A stretch of DNA of 64,000 nt from the IMG/VR virus record IMGVR_UViG_3300027131_000001; one strand, given 5' to 3'. Origin of the DNA: a virus. The notes beneath the pieces were generated by a model that was given only the letters and a program-made list of their open reading frames with translations, was not told the DNA's origin and searched no databases. Positions 30,585-38,512 of the stretch are shown here, in pieces. The position numbers and the translations under genes were made by a program. Position 1 is the stretch's first letter; each line of letters opens with the position of its first letter.

Positions 30585-31146
30585 TAAACTGTGAAAGTTC
30601 AGCATAAGGCGCATTGAAACATAATTGTACGGCAAGTCTATGGTTGTTGTCAACTGGTACATATTTTGATAATCCAACTCGTGTATCATTTTTGATGGAT
30701 ACATCATGTGTAGTGGCAGTATCAAGCATCCACATTTCACCAGCAGCAGCACAGAAACTTTCTACTGGATACATTCGATCAACGTTAATTAAATTATAAC
30801 CAGCTCCATTATCTGTAGTTGATGTGTGATCTACAGTAACTAATCCTTCATAGAAAGTGGTAATTTCACCACCTACGTTGAGGTATATGTTTATGACAGT
30901 TTGCTCGTTAAGATGGATATGTGGAGCAAGTAATGTGAATTTATTTGCATCGATATGAAACAAATAGTCTTTTAATTTTTCCGGAAGAGAATGAGCTAGT
31001 AGGTCTTTGTCTTTTTTTCGAATATACAGGTGAGTAGAGGCAGGCTCACTCCATATAGGACTAACGAGATAACTTCCAAGTGATTTATTAGATACCCTGA
31101 TTTTACCAATATCTATCGGTAGATTTATCTGTCTAGCATACTTCAT
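30580..31146 (-). CDS. Cupin/2OG-Fe-oxygenase-like hypothetical, paralogue 2 (start re-called at 31146)
   Basis: LAPHIH..VINIY..GEITTFYEG..GEMWMLDTATTHDV..RLAVQL. Clearly paralogous to the upstream ORF. Confidence 0.65.
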   Translation of the reverse strand: MKYARQINLPIDIGKIRVSNKSLGSYLVSPIWSEPASTHLYIRKKDKDLLAHSLPEKLKDYLFHIDANKFTLLAPHIHLNEQTVINIYLNVGGEITTFYEGLVTVDHTSTTDNGAGYNLINVDRMYPVESFCAAAGEMWMLDTATTHDVSIKNDTRVGLSKYVPVDNNHRLAVQLCFNAPYAELSQFI

Positions 31147-31705
31147 TCTCAAACCATTGTAATAATTGCGCATAGGGAACATCAAAATACATCTGAATTA
31201 GCAATCTTTCCTGGTGATCAGAAGCAAAATATTTATCAATACCAGACCTTGAGTCCCCTTTTATTGTTACAGAGTGTGGCTGCGTGGTATCCATTATCCA
31301 CAAATCACCTTGCTCTGCACACAGTTGCTCGCAAGGAACAATTCCATCCAGCTTGATAACATGAAGATTACCACTATCGTTGTTTATACTATAATCGCGG
31401 ACTATATTGCCCTCATAAAAAGTAGTAACTTCTCCGTTAACTTTTTTATAGAAATTAATTACAGATTTCTCTTTTAGGTGTATATGTGGGGATAAAAGAG
31501 AGTATTTTGTAGCCAGAACAGATAAGAGATTTTTCTGGGCTTGAACTGGTAAAGCTGATTTAATTAAGCTGACGTCACTTTGCTTAATATAAAAAACATC
31601 AAACTTAGCAAGATTTTCGTTACTTGTAGTTAGTGTTTGAATTTTTCTGGTGATCTGAATGCTATCGAAATCAACAGGTAATTGTATCTTTTTAGCGTAC
31701 TTCAT
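31133..31705 (-). CDS. Cupin/2OG-Fe-oxygenase-like hypothetical, paralogue 1
   Basis: LSPHIH..VINFY..GEVTTFYEG..GDLWIMDTTQPHSV..RLLIQM. Confidence 0.65.
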   Translation of the reverse strand: MKYAKKIQLPVDFDSIQITRKIQTLTTSNENLAKFDVFYIKQSDVSLIKSALPVQAQKNLLSVLATKYSLLSPHIHLKEKSVINFYKKVNGEVTTFYEGNIVRDYSINNDSGNLHVIKLDGIVPCEQLCAEQGDLWIMDTTQPHSVTIKGDSRSGIDKYFASDHQERLLIQMYFDVPYAQLLQWFENEVC

Positions 31706-31910
31706 AATCGTTTACTCTACCCCATTCAATATTCAACCAAATTCTTTCATGGATGTAATAATCTATGCTTAGCAAAATATGGAGCGCTGTTGCAAACCCA
31801 GCGGCGCTTGTCATATTGCCAGTAAACAAGTATGTCCAAAAAATAGTGAAAAGCCATGCAGTTAAACGATATGTGATCATTCGCACTATTGTTCTTTTTT
31901 TAGTTTCCAT
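31692..31910 (-). CDS. DUF2061-like small membrane protein
   Basis: METKKRTIVRMITYR...YYIHERIW..IEWG pattern. Confidence 0.75.
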   Translation of the reverse strand: METKKRTIVRMITYRLTAWLFTIFWTYLFTGNMTSAAGFATALHILLSIDYYIHERIWLNIEWGRVNDYEVR

Positions 31911-31931
31911 TGTATATTCCAAGAAGTAGTT

Positions 31932-31970
31932 GGCTGGTTATTCGCTATACGGGAAACCAGCCAAAACCCT
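31932..31970 (-). other. Structured RNA hairpin module after pqqA (copy A)
   Basis: AGGGUUUU-GGCUGGUU...AACCAGCC. Homologous to the tmRNA 3' hairpin, with compensatory changes. Confidence 0.75.
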
Positions 31971-31979
31971 AGTAGTTAA

Positions 31980-32057
31980 TTATCTATTAGCAATATACAT
32001 GGTAATTTCAAAACCAAAACGCATATCTTGTGCTGCTGGAGTAGACCATTGTTTCAT
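31980..32057 (-). CDS. pqqA: Coenzyme PQQ precursor peptide PqqA (25 aa; absent from the ORF track)
   Basis: MKQWSTPAAQDMRFGFEITMYIANR* matches the PqqA consensus W..P...D.R.GFE.T.Y...R, including the E-x3-Y motif. GAGGA RBS. Confidence 0.93.
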   Translation of the reverse strand: MKQWSTPAAQDMRFGFEITMYIANR

Positions 32058-32093
32058 ATTATTTCCTCGAAAGCCGTTGCAAAAGTGCAACTG

Positions 32094-32124
32094 TATTATA
32101 TATTACACAACTGGTCTGGTTCAA
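32094..32124 (-). promoter_or_regulatory. Putative sigma70 promoter for pqqA
   Basis: TTGAAC-N18-TATAAT, followed by a 5' hairpin GTTGCA-CTTT-TGCAAC. Confidence 0.5.
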
Positions 32125-32164
32125 CTAGCGATTATCATTGATCTTCGTGCTGGTAATTATTCAT

Positions 32165-32430
32165 GGTAGGTTATTCTGTTACGAGGAAACCTACCGAAAC
32201 CCTAAGCAGTGTTTAGGCTGCTAATGCGAACTGTTCGTCGTTTGCGTTTACGTTTTTTGCTTGATTAACGGTCATCGCCTACCGTGCTGTCCACTTGTTT
32301 ACTTGTTGCCCTGTCGAAACCAATTCAGGCCCATCAGAAGTATACTAACACCAATATACTTTTGGTGGACCTGCCGGCATCGAAGCCGGGTCCAGAACAC
32401 TTTTCTCTTTGCTTCATACAGCAATAACTA
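32165..32430 (-). ncRNA. ssrA: Circularly permuted (two-piece) tmRNA with tag ANDEQFALAA
   Basis: The acceptor piece ends GAC-CCGGC-UUCGAU-GCCGG-CAGGUCC-ACCA (3' end 32363), followed by a 30-nt intervening hairpin. The coding piece starts GGGCCUG..UUCGAC at 32332, with a G3:U pair in the acceptor stem. Tag ORF at 32245-32213. Confidence 0.93.
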
Positions 32431-32431
32431 A

Positions 32432-32438
32432 TATTTAG
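32432..32438 (-). promoter_or_regulatory. Candidate late promoter for tmRNA
   Basis: CTAAATA directly upstream of the acceptor piece; a variant of the T4-like late consensus. Confidence 0.5.
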
Positions 32439-32842
32439 TCTGTTGCAATCTCAATATGACCAATTTTAATTATACCGTCCCAATCACGACCCTGGTCACT
32501 ACGACCACCTGAGCAAACAAACGGAGTATCGAACTCGTGAATATGTCCACCATCAAGTGTGTTCAGATCGAGTATATTAATATCCGATACCAAGATACAT
32601 CCAATTAAACCAGCATCTACGCCGTATTCGTTTTCAGCTTCGTCGTGGTAGCTACCATCACCCCACTTAGTATTGAATGATACGAACTTACGTCCGTCCT
32701 TCAATTCAAATAGGCCTTCGTTGCATCCGTGATCGTCACGGTCTTTGAAGAAGAGGCCGCACACCTCGTCCCATTCTTCATGCATCACATAGCACAAATC
32801 ACCAACCCAATACTTACCAGCAGGCAACCAATCTGTAATCAT
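32435..32842 (-). CDS. Conserved phage hypothetical protein
   Basis: LPAGKYWVGDLCYVM..TKWGDG.Y..VDAGLIGCI. Confidence 0.7.
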   Translation of the reverse strand: MITDWLPAGKYWVGDLCYVMHEEWDEVCGLFFKDRDDHGCNEGLFELKDGRKFVSFNTKWGDGSYHDEAENEYGVDAGLIGCILVSDINILDLNTLDGGHIHEFDTPFVCSGGRSDQGRDWDGIIKIGHIEIATD

Positions 32843-32852
32843 AATATATCCT

Positions 32853-32881
32853 TAAAAGAAGGGAGCGGCTTTCGCCGCCCC
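32853..32881 (-). terminator. Intrinsic terminator after the DUF932 gene
   Basis: GGGGCGGC-GAAA-GCCGCUCCC followed by UUCUUUU. Confidence 0.8.
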
Positions 32882-32887
32882 GGTTGA

Positions 32888-33865
32888 TCAAGCCACCTCA
32901 GCCATTTCGACTGCAGTTTCAAGGGCTTTCACTTTCAACGCTTTGTTCGGACCGTACCAAGCAGAAGCCAAACGACCTTCTTGAGTACGACCAAGGTGAT
33001 GGTCAGTTAAGTAAGTCACAGCATTGAATGCAGACCACCATGAACCCTCAGCATACTTGGCTCCTGGTTGTGTTTCAAGAGCCATCATAGCCAGAGTTGC
33101 AGATTGTGACATCTCTTTCTTAACTTTCGTATCTTCATTCTTAGAACGACCGTAGGCATTAACAGGAAAGATACGGTTAAAGTAGTCCTTAACTGACTCT
33201 TCCTTGAACTTCTTGGAACCCAAAAACTTAGCCATCTCTTTATACTTGGCTAGTTTATCAGATGCAATACCTAAAGTCTCTTTGACAGAGTCGCCGTTGA
33301 AAGTAGTACGGTGTGATACTTTAACACCGTTGTTAGCCTTAACAGACAACGAAAGTGTCAATGTGTTGTTGCATACCACACGAATAGGTGTAAAGCGTAC
33401 ATCGATCGATTGACCAAACTTGTGTGGAAGAGTAAACAGCAAATAGCTATCAACAACATCACCACCAAACAACTCAAACGATTCTTTCACCTTAGCAAGA
33501 GCCCATACAATCTGACCATCGCGAAGAGATCCAGCAGTATGCATTGCCATGTCACCAGATACTACGAAATCGTTAAAGAACTCAAAAGCATCATGATTCT
33601 GCAACGGATTCCAGTCTTTAGATACAACATCAAGAATTGAGTTGTCTGAGCTACGAACTAGCGCATCTTTGCCAGTGTAGATTTGCTTGCCATCAATCTT
33701 GGCAAAAGTAGGGATCTTTTCCACAGTCCAGTCAAGGTCTGCAGCTTCCAACATCTGAGCAGGAGAGAGATCAGCAGGAACTGCCTTACCGAGACCGTGC
33801 CAAGGAGTTTCACCAGAGTAGGCCATGCTTGCTTTACCGTTTATAACTTCAACTAAGTGAGACAT
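32888..33865 (-). CDS. DUF932 (TIGR03299-like) phage/plasmid protein
   Basis: MAYSGETPWHGLG; PLQNHDAFEFF; TAGSLRDG; FTPIRVVCNNTL; WSAFNAVT. Confidence 0.9.
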   Translation of the reverse strand: MSHLVEVINGKASMAYSGETPWHGLGKAVPADLSPAQMLEAADLDWTVEKIPTFAKIDGKQIYTGKDALVRSSDNSILDVVSKDWNPLQNHDAFEFFNDFVVSGDMAMHTAGSLRDGQIVWALAKVKESFELFGGDVVDSYLLFTLPHKFGQSIDVRFTPIRVVCNNTLTLSLSVKANNGVKVSHRTTFNGDSVKETLGIASDKLAKYKEMAKFLGSKKFKEESVKDYFNRIFPVNAYGRSKNEDTKVKKEMSQSATLAMMALETQPGAKYAEGSWWSAFNAVTYLTDHHLGRTQEGRLASAWYGPNKALKVKALETAVEMAEVA

Positions 33866-33920
33866 TTTTCATTTCCTTTAAAAAGAGGGTTTCAACTAAC
33901 TAACACCTCTATTATATACC

Positions 33921-33949
33921 TCAAATCGTTTGAAGTCAACAGGCAGTTT
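33921..33949 (-). promoter_or_regulatory. Sigma70-type promoter for the DUF932 gene
   Basis: TTGACT-N17-TATAAT. Confidence 0.8.
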
Positions 33950-33971
33950 AAAACCCGCAAATTCGGGGGTT

Positions 33972-34535
33972 TTAAAAGTCCAACTTGAGCTCAGATTCTG
34001 CAATTTTGCCCATTGAGAACAAAATTAACTGGTTGGTCAAGCTAAAATTGCCGAGATGGAGAATTGGAATACCTCCAGCAGCACCCCATTCATCAATGTT
34101 ACTTGGCTTATCATCAATTAAAATGTCGCCTGGACGTGCCCAGTGTTGTTTATCTTTGCTGTATGGGCCAAAATTGACAACTGTTTCAGGGAAATACTTG
34201 TTGATCCAGTCGATTTTATCTTGTTTTGCAGAAGGCATTGTCGTTTGACGCGGAATTGCCGACAAAAACTCGACATTTACCTCTGATTCGAAGCTTTTGC
34301 ACAGCTCAACCATCTCAACAGAACTCTCAATCAATGGTAGTTGAGTATACAAATTAGGGATATTAGACAAAATATCCCATTCTTTGGCGTTCAAATCGTG
34401 TTGATCCCATCCAATTTGGCGACCAAGTAAGTTTGAAACGTATAAATTGAAGTCAGCAACAACCCCGTCCATATCAATATAGATTGTTCTACGTTTTTTG
34501 GTCAAACTCTTCTTTAATTCTTGAATATGCTTCAT
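33972..34535 (-). CDS. 5'(3')-deoxyribonucleotidase-like HAD hydrolase
   Basis: IYIDMDGVVADF; K..W; DILIDDK..NIDEW..AGG. Confidence 0.85.
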   Translation of the reverse strand: MKHIQELKKSLTKKRRTIYIDMDGVVADFNLYVSNLLGRQIGWDQHDLNAKEWDILSNIPNLYTQLPLIESSVEMVELCKSFESEVNVEFLSAIPRQTTMPSAKQDKIDWINKYFPETVVNFGPYSKDKQHWARPGDILIDDKPSNIDEWGAAGGIPILHLGNFSLTNQLILFSMGKIAESELKLDF

Positions 34536-34680
34536 CTAAATTTTCACTTGCTTTAGTTATTTCCAGACATCTAGCAACAACAAACTCGCCAAACTTGTCA
34601 TAGGCCCTGTCATTAGGCGGAAATAGCTGGACTGGATGAGTTACTGCCTTCAATGCTAGTTCCGCAAATCTTTTTTTCAT
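34489..34680 (-). CDS. Hypothetical protein ('KFAELIVREC'-like family)
   Basis: KFGEFVVARC..IKEEF resembles ORFs 39927 and 40776. Confidence 0.5.
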   Translation of the reverse strand: MKKRFAELALKAVTHPVQLFPPNDRAYDKFGEFVVARCLEITKASENLDEAYSRIKEEFDQKT

Positions 34681-34876
34681 GCTTGACCCTTACTTTTTTA
34701 GGACGAGAAAGAAATTCATTAACAAATTCTTTGCGCGCAAATTCCATTGCTATTTCTTCTGGAAAACCGGGATACCTGGAATTAGGATCCCTTGTCTTAT
34801 CTAGCATCCATTTATTATAGTGGTCCATCTTTCGCTGAATAAATGCACGGTCTTTAATCATCACGATTACCTTCAA
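34613..34876 (-). CDS. Hypothetical protein, paralogous to the N-terminus of 42432-42863
   Basis: RKMDHYNKW..YPGFPEE versus RKLAHYNVW..YPGFPED. Confidence 0.6.
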   Translation of the reverse strand: MKVIVMIKDRAFIQRKMDHYNKWMLDKTRDPNSRYPGFPEEIAMEFARKEFVNEFLSRPKKVRVKHEKKICGTSIEGSNSSSPAISA

Positions 34877-35069
34877 ATAAGAATGTCAAGAGTTTTTGTT
34901 CTGCTTCTTCGTATGAGTCAGCAAGGACTTGAGCAACGACAACATTACCAGTTATTTCCAAGTCAAACGGTATCTTACCATTAAATTGAATAGGTTCATA
35001 CAGCTCAACAACAACCTCGTGGTAGGTTAGTTGTTTAATTCTGTTAATGATGTCAGCTATATCACTCAT
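34854..35069 (-). CDS. Hypothetical protein
   Basis: Packed in the operon with an ATGA overlap. Confidence 0.6.
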   Translation of the reverse strand: MSDIADIINRIKQLTYHEVVVELYEPIQFNGKIPFDLEITGNVVVAQVLADSYEEAEQKLLTFLFEGNRDD

Positions 35070-35494
35070 CCTTCAAGCGCAACACGTCTCCATGTATCAC
35101 CTATCTTAATCCATAAACGGTCATCTCTACCAACTGATAAGGTTACTTTGTTATCTGTTTCTTTATGACCACTAGTTAATATAGGTGGATAAAAAGATCC
35201 GGTAACTGTATATCCGTTAATATTATAACCACCAACAGGAGCAGGTTGAGGAGGAGGAGGGGGCGGAGGCGGAATGTTGTCTGCAGTTAGTTGCAGAGTT
35301 GTTTTGCCTAGTGGTGCGAGATGGGCAATGTCTTCAATAGGTCCGACATCACGTTTAACATCAGCAGCAGAGCCAATAGGAGTGGGAGAGGGAGTATTGG
35401 CGAACGAATTTTGTGAAGCCAAAAAGCCGCCTGCAGCAGCGCTAAGCAAACCAAACCCTTTAAGAAAACCACGTCTAGCATTTGTATTCTCCAT
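35066..35494 (-). CDS. Twin-arginine (Tat) signal peptide protein with a poly-Pro linker
   Basis: ARRGFLKG motif, hydrophobic h-region and S-F-A cleavage site. PPPPPPP tract. Confidence 0.75.
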   Translation of the reverse strand: MENTNARRGFLKGFGLLSAAAGGFLASQNSFANTPSPTPIGSAADVKRDVGPIEDIAHLAPLGKTTLQLTADNIPPPPPPPPQPAPVGGYNINGYTVTGSFYPPILTSGHKETDNKVTLSVGRDDRLWIKIGDTWRRVALEG

Positions 35495-35497
35495 TTT

Positions 35498-35692
35498 TTA
35501 ACGTCCACATACAGCTTGGATCTCTACAGCAGTCATACCTTTTTCAATAGCTGCTTTCTTGCACTCCATCTGCTGTGTGCCACTATATGTAACAGCACCA
35601 AACATCATTGCAAAAAACACAATAAATCCAACTACAGCAACTAAAACATCCATGTCTACATTTCTCATAATATACTCCTTGGTTAAAATCAA
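35498..35692 (-). CDS. Small membrane hypothetical protein
   Basis: Single TM segment. AAGGAG RBS precedes the internal ATG (MRNVD). Confidence 0.6.
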   Translation of the reverse strand: MILTKEYIMRNVDMDVLVAVVGFIVFFAMMFGAVTYSGTQQMECKKAAIEKGMTAVEIQAVCGR

Positions 35693-35909
35693 TTGTGGTT
35701 ATCGTAGTTTGAGTCACCAGGAGGAACTATTTTTAGTTTCTCTCTGTACGCAAGATAATCTGATGGTGGCATGTAATAAGCGAGTAGAGTGAACGCAGCT
35801 TCAACCAAAGAATGGTCGCCGTTCCAGTTAAGTTCAACTGCTTCTTGCAGCTCATTAATTACAATCTGGTCTACTTGCTCGTAACTAAGCTCATACTGTT
35901 TGTAATTCA

Positions 35910-36155
35910 TCAAGATCCTCCAGTACCAAAACAATGAAACATGAGGTAGTGTACTACTTTATCCTGGTCAACGTCAACTGGGCATTTATCATCAAATGCT
36001 TTGTTTGGTGAGTTCCACCACCTCTCAATTAGCGCATCGGATCCCAACATACCCATTAGCATTCCGTTTGCAGACGGCGGTGCTTCTTGCATCCACTTCA
36101 TTATTTCACGTTTTCTCATTGGTAGTTTAATCATAAAGTTATTTTTTGTTACCAA
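35910..36155 (-). CDS. Xre/MbcA/ParS antitoxin C-terminal-like protein (tentative)
   Basis: ERWWNSPNKAFDDKCP resembles the W..P..AL.G..P motif. Confidence 0.45.
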   Translation of the reverse strand: MVTKNNFMIKLPMRKREIMKWMQEAPPSANGMLMGMLGSDALIERWWNSPNKAFDDKCPVDVDQDKVVHYLMFHCFGTGGS

Positions 36156-36220
36156 GCTCTATCCATACAAAGCAAGCAACAATCAGTATGCAAAGAATCA
36201 AATCAATTATTAGGACAATA

Positions 36221-36472
36221 TCAAGACTGCTCATCTTCATCCACTATAGATCTTACAAAAATTAATTCAGTAGCGCGTCTACCTAACTCATTATCAAATA
36301 TATCTTTTGCTCGGTGCAACATTGCACAGGCAATCATAAGAAGGTCATTTCTATCATCAGTCATCATGATTTGTTTATCGATAGGCCCCATCAACTCTCT
36401 CATTCGCTCTGCGACACCGTCATTTGATTTTTTTCTTGAAATTGCCATTGTTATTCTTTCAGATGTAAGCAA
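36221..36472 (-). CDS. Hypothetical protein
   Basis: RMRELM.PID.QIMM.DD..LLM.ACAML pattern. Confidence 0.6.
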   Translation of the reverse strand: MLTSERITMAISRKKSNDGVAERMRELMGPIDKQIMMTDDRNDLLMIACAMLHRAKDIFDNELGRRATELIFVRSIVDEDEQS

Positions 36473-36584
36473 TCTATTGGTTCAGCATATTGCATTGCTC
36501 TGCTATGTAGTGAGTCCCAAACATCAGGCTCACCCCAGAATAAAAAGAACAAAAGAAGAATAGCTAATATTTCAAAAAACACGT

Positions 36585-36872
36585 TCATAATTTAAAGTAC
36601 TCTATAAAGAACTTGGTCCATTTCTTTTGTTCTGGAGTGTGAGCTAAACTGTACAAATCGTCAATCATTTTTTGACGGGCGTACAGTTGCGGCCAGTATT
36701 CAGCCCAAATCCCCCAACCTGTAAGTACAATACAGGCAGTGACGGATGATATGAAGATTGCAGCATATATGAAATCACGTAATAATATAATCAGTGCCAG
36801 AACGGCAAAAGAACCAAAAAAAGAACCAATAATAATGAGTGCTGTTTTTTTCTTTGCCTGCTCTGGTGTCAT
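36585..36872 (-). CDS. Membrane hypothetical protein
   Basis: Two TM segments. Confidence 0.6.
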   Translation of the reverse strand: MTPEQAKKKTALIIIGSFFGSFAVLALIILLRDFIYAAIFISSVTACIVLTGWGIWAEYWPQLYARQKMIDDLYSLAHTPEQKKWTKFFIEYFKL

Positions 36873-37169
36873 TTACGGTTTAGTTGATAATGGGAATGGC
36901 CAATCGGCATTTGCTTTCAAAACATCATCATCTATCTCGTCTAACTCATCTACTACAGGTTCATCATTGTAGTGATCGTGTAAGTAGTCATCGAGTTCAG
37001 CTTCGTGATCTACAATATCAACTGAACCTTCAAAATGAAATCCAACAGCGCGCAAGAAACGAGTGAACGTTTCTAATGCATCGACCAAAGATGCATGCTC
37101 ATGTAATTCCATAGAGATTGATTCAATTTGAGAACCATATTCATTATTATGAATGTGAGTGAATTTCAT
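36873..37169 (-). CDS. Hypothetical protein (acidic)
   Basis: AAGGA RBS; F..FLRAVGF motif. Confidence 0.65.
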   Translation of the reverse strand: MKFTHIHNNEYGSQIESISMELHEHASLVDALETFTRFLRAVGFHFEGSVDIVDHEAELDDYLHDHYNDEPVVDELDEIDDDVLKANADWPFPLSTKP

Positions 37170-37314
37170 AATTATTTCCTTTATTATTTATCTTCGTTTT
37201 CCATTGCCGTAATTACTAGATCTGCAAACCTCATGCAAAACACACTAAACCACAGCTCGCTTAAAACATCATCTGGTGCACCAGCTTCAATCGCTATTGC
37301 TTTAAGATCTTCAT

Positions 37315-37656
37315 TCATCGACTAACCCTCAATTCTGCATCTGGATTATCCCGGCATGCGTAATAATATTTGTATACAAAGTTACAGAGCCCATCATAGC
37401 TCCCCCAACCGTTTGGTGGATTATGATTCTTAAACTTTTCTGGATCAGCTATCAATATATTCCAACCTTCATACAGTAGCTCAGAAATGTCTCTTGCAAA
37501 CTTTAACCCATGATCCTCAGGTCTCCACAGGACCTCGTATAGTGTTAGTCCGTTAGACAGAACAACTTCAACTGCCATAGCATTGAGGTTGTGTGTAATG
37601 TTTCCGCTATAAACGGATACAGGTTGCGTCACCATTAAATCAACATCAAGACTCAT
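37315..37656 (-). CDS. Conserved phage hypothetical protein
   Basis: MSLDV..NITHNL..M..NPPNGWGSY. Confidence 0.7.
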   Translation of the reverse strand: MSLDVDLMVTQPVSVYSGNITHNLNAMAVEVVLSNGLTLYEVLWRPEDHGLKFARDISELLYEGWNILIADPEKFKNHNPPNGWGSYDGLCNFVYKYYYACRDNPDAELRVSR

Positions 37657-38033
37657 TCTTCCCTCGCGTGTTCATCGCAAGCAGTATAAAACCATCCCTT
37701 GCCACGAAACTTGCCTGGTTTACCGCATGTCTCACAAACACGGCAAGACATATGCTCAGCCATCCAAACCATACCAGTGATAAGGTCGTCAGATCCATTT
37801 GTATAGAAACGAAGAGATCCAAACTTCTCCTTTACTTGTGAGACAGTAATCTGCGGTATGTTATTGCTATCAATGTATCCTTGAATAGATCCGCAAAGAA
37901 TTTCAATTAAATCATACCAGCCATCCCCAACATCGAACCCCCAGCACATTGCAGTCTCAGTCATAGGACTGTTACGATCAGCAAATAGCTTGGGATACTT
38001 TTCACATAGTTGCTTGTCTAGTTCTTCTCTCAT
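37653..38033 (-). CDS. Conserved phage hypothetical protein with a Zn-ribbon C-terminus
   Basis: GDGWYDLI; QVKEKFGSLRFY; CETCG..TACDEH. Confidence 0.75.
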   Translation of the reverse strand: MREELDKQLCEKYPKLFADRNSPMTETAMCWGFDVGDGWYDLIEILCGSIQGYIDSNNIPQITVSQVKEKFGSLRFYTNGSDDLITGMVWMAEHMSCRVCETCGKPGKFRGKGWFYTACDEHAREE

Positions 38034-38087
38034 AGCTTTGTTCCAAATTCTATAAGCAAAATTATTGCCATTGCAAGTATATTCATA

Positions 38088-38504
38088 TCAACTCCAAGTT
38101 CTGTGTACTTCGGCAATGTGTTCCATGCCGTCATATTCTTCAATTGTGTATTCAACATCATCAGGTACATCAACAACAGTTAACTCAGCAAATTGACTAC
38201 TGGCAGCATCGCCCAATTCTTCAATTGCCTGAATCAGTGCTGGGTCATTGCGGGCAACCTCTCCATCATAGAAAACTTGTTTGGAGTATGCCTCATTGTA
38301 TTCCCGACGTTCTTCCATTGGAAGTTTATAAAAATCAGCACCTTCTTTGGGCTCCAAACGATCTTCCGGTGGGACTACCCAGTACGTCCAGTAATATTCT
38401 TTCCGATCTGGATATACAGTCATGCCTTTGATTTCGCAGTATCGCAGGACTGCTTCGTGGCTCAGGCCAAAGCCACCAAAACAACGATTAATTGCAACTT
38501 TCAT
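38088..38504 (-). CDS. Conserved phage hypothetical protein
   Basis: MKVAINRCFGGFGLS..RNDPALIQAIEELG..IEEYDGME. Confidence 0.75.
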   Translation of the reverse strand: MKVAINRCFGGFGLSHEAVLRYCEIKGMTVYPDRKEYYWTYWVVPPEDRLEPKEGADFYKLPMEERREYNEAYSKQVFYDGEVARNDPALIQAIEELGDAASSQFAELTVVDVPDDVEYTIEEYDGMEHIAEVHRTWS

Positions 38505-38512
38505 ATTGTACC

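Noticed and set aside
32123-32142. Fur-box-like AATGATAATC upstream of pqqA
   Set aside because: Only about 12/19 match and half-site quality, in AT-rich DNA.
31930-32169. 79-aa plus-strand ORF over pqqA
   Set aside because: Antisense to pqqA and the RNA hairpins; no supporting features.
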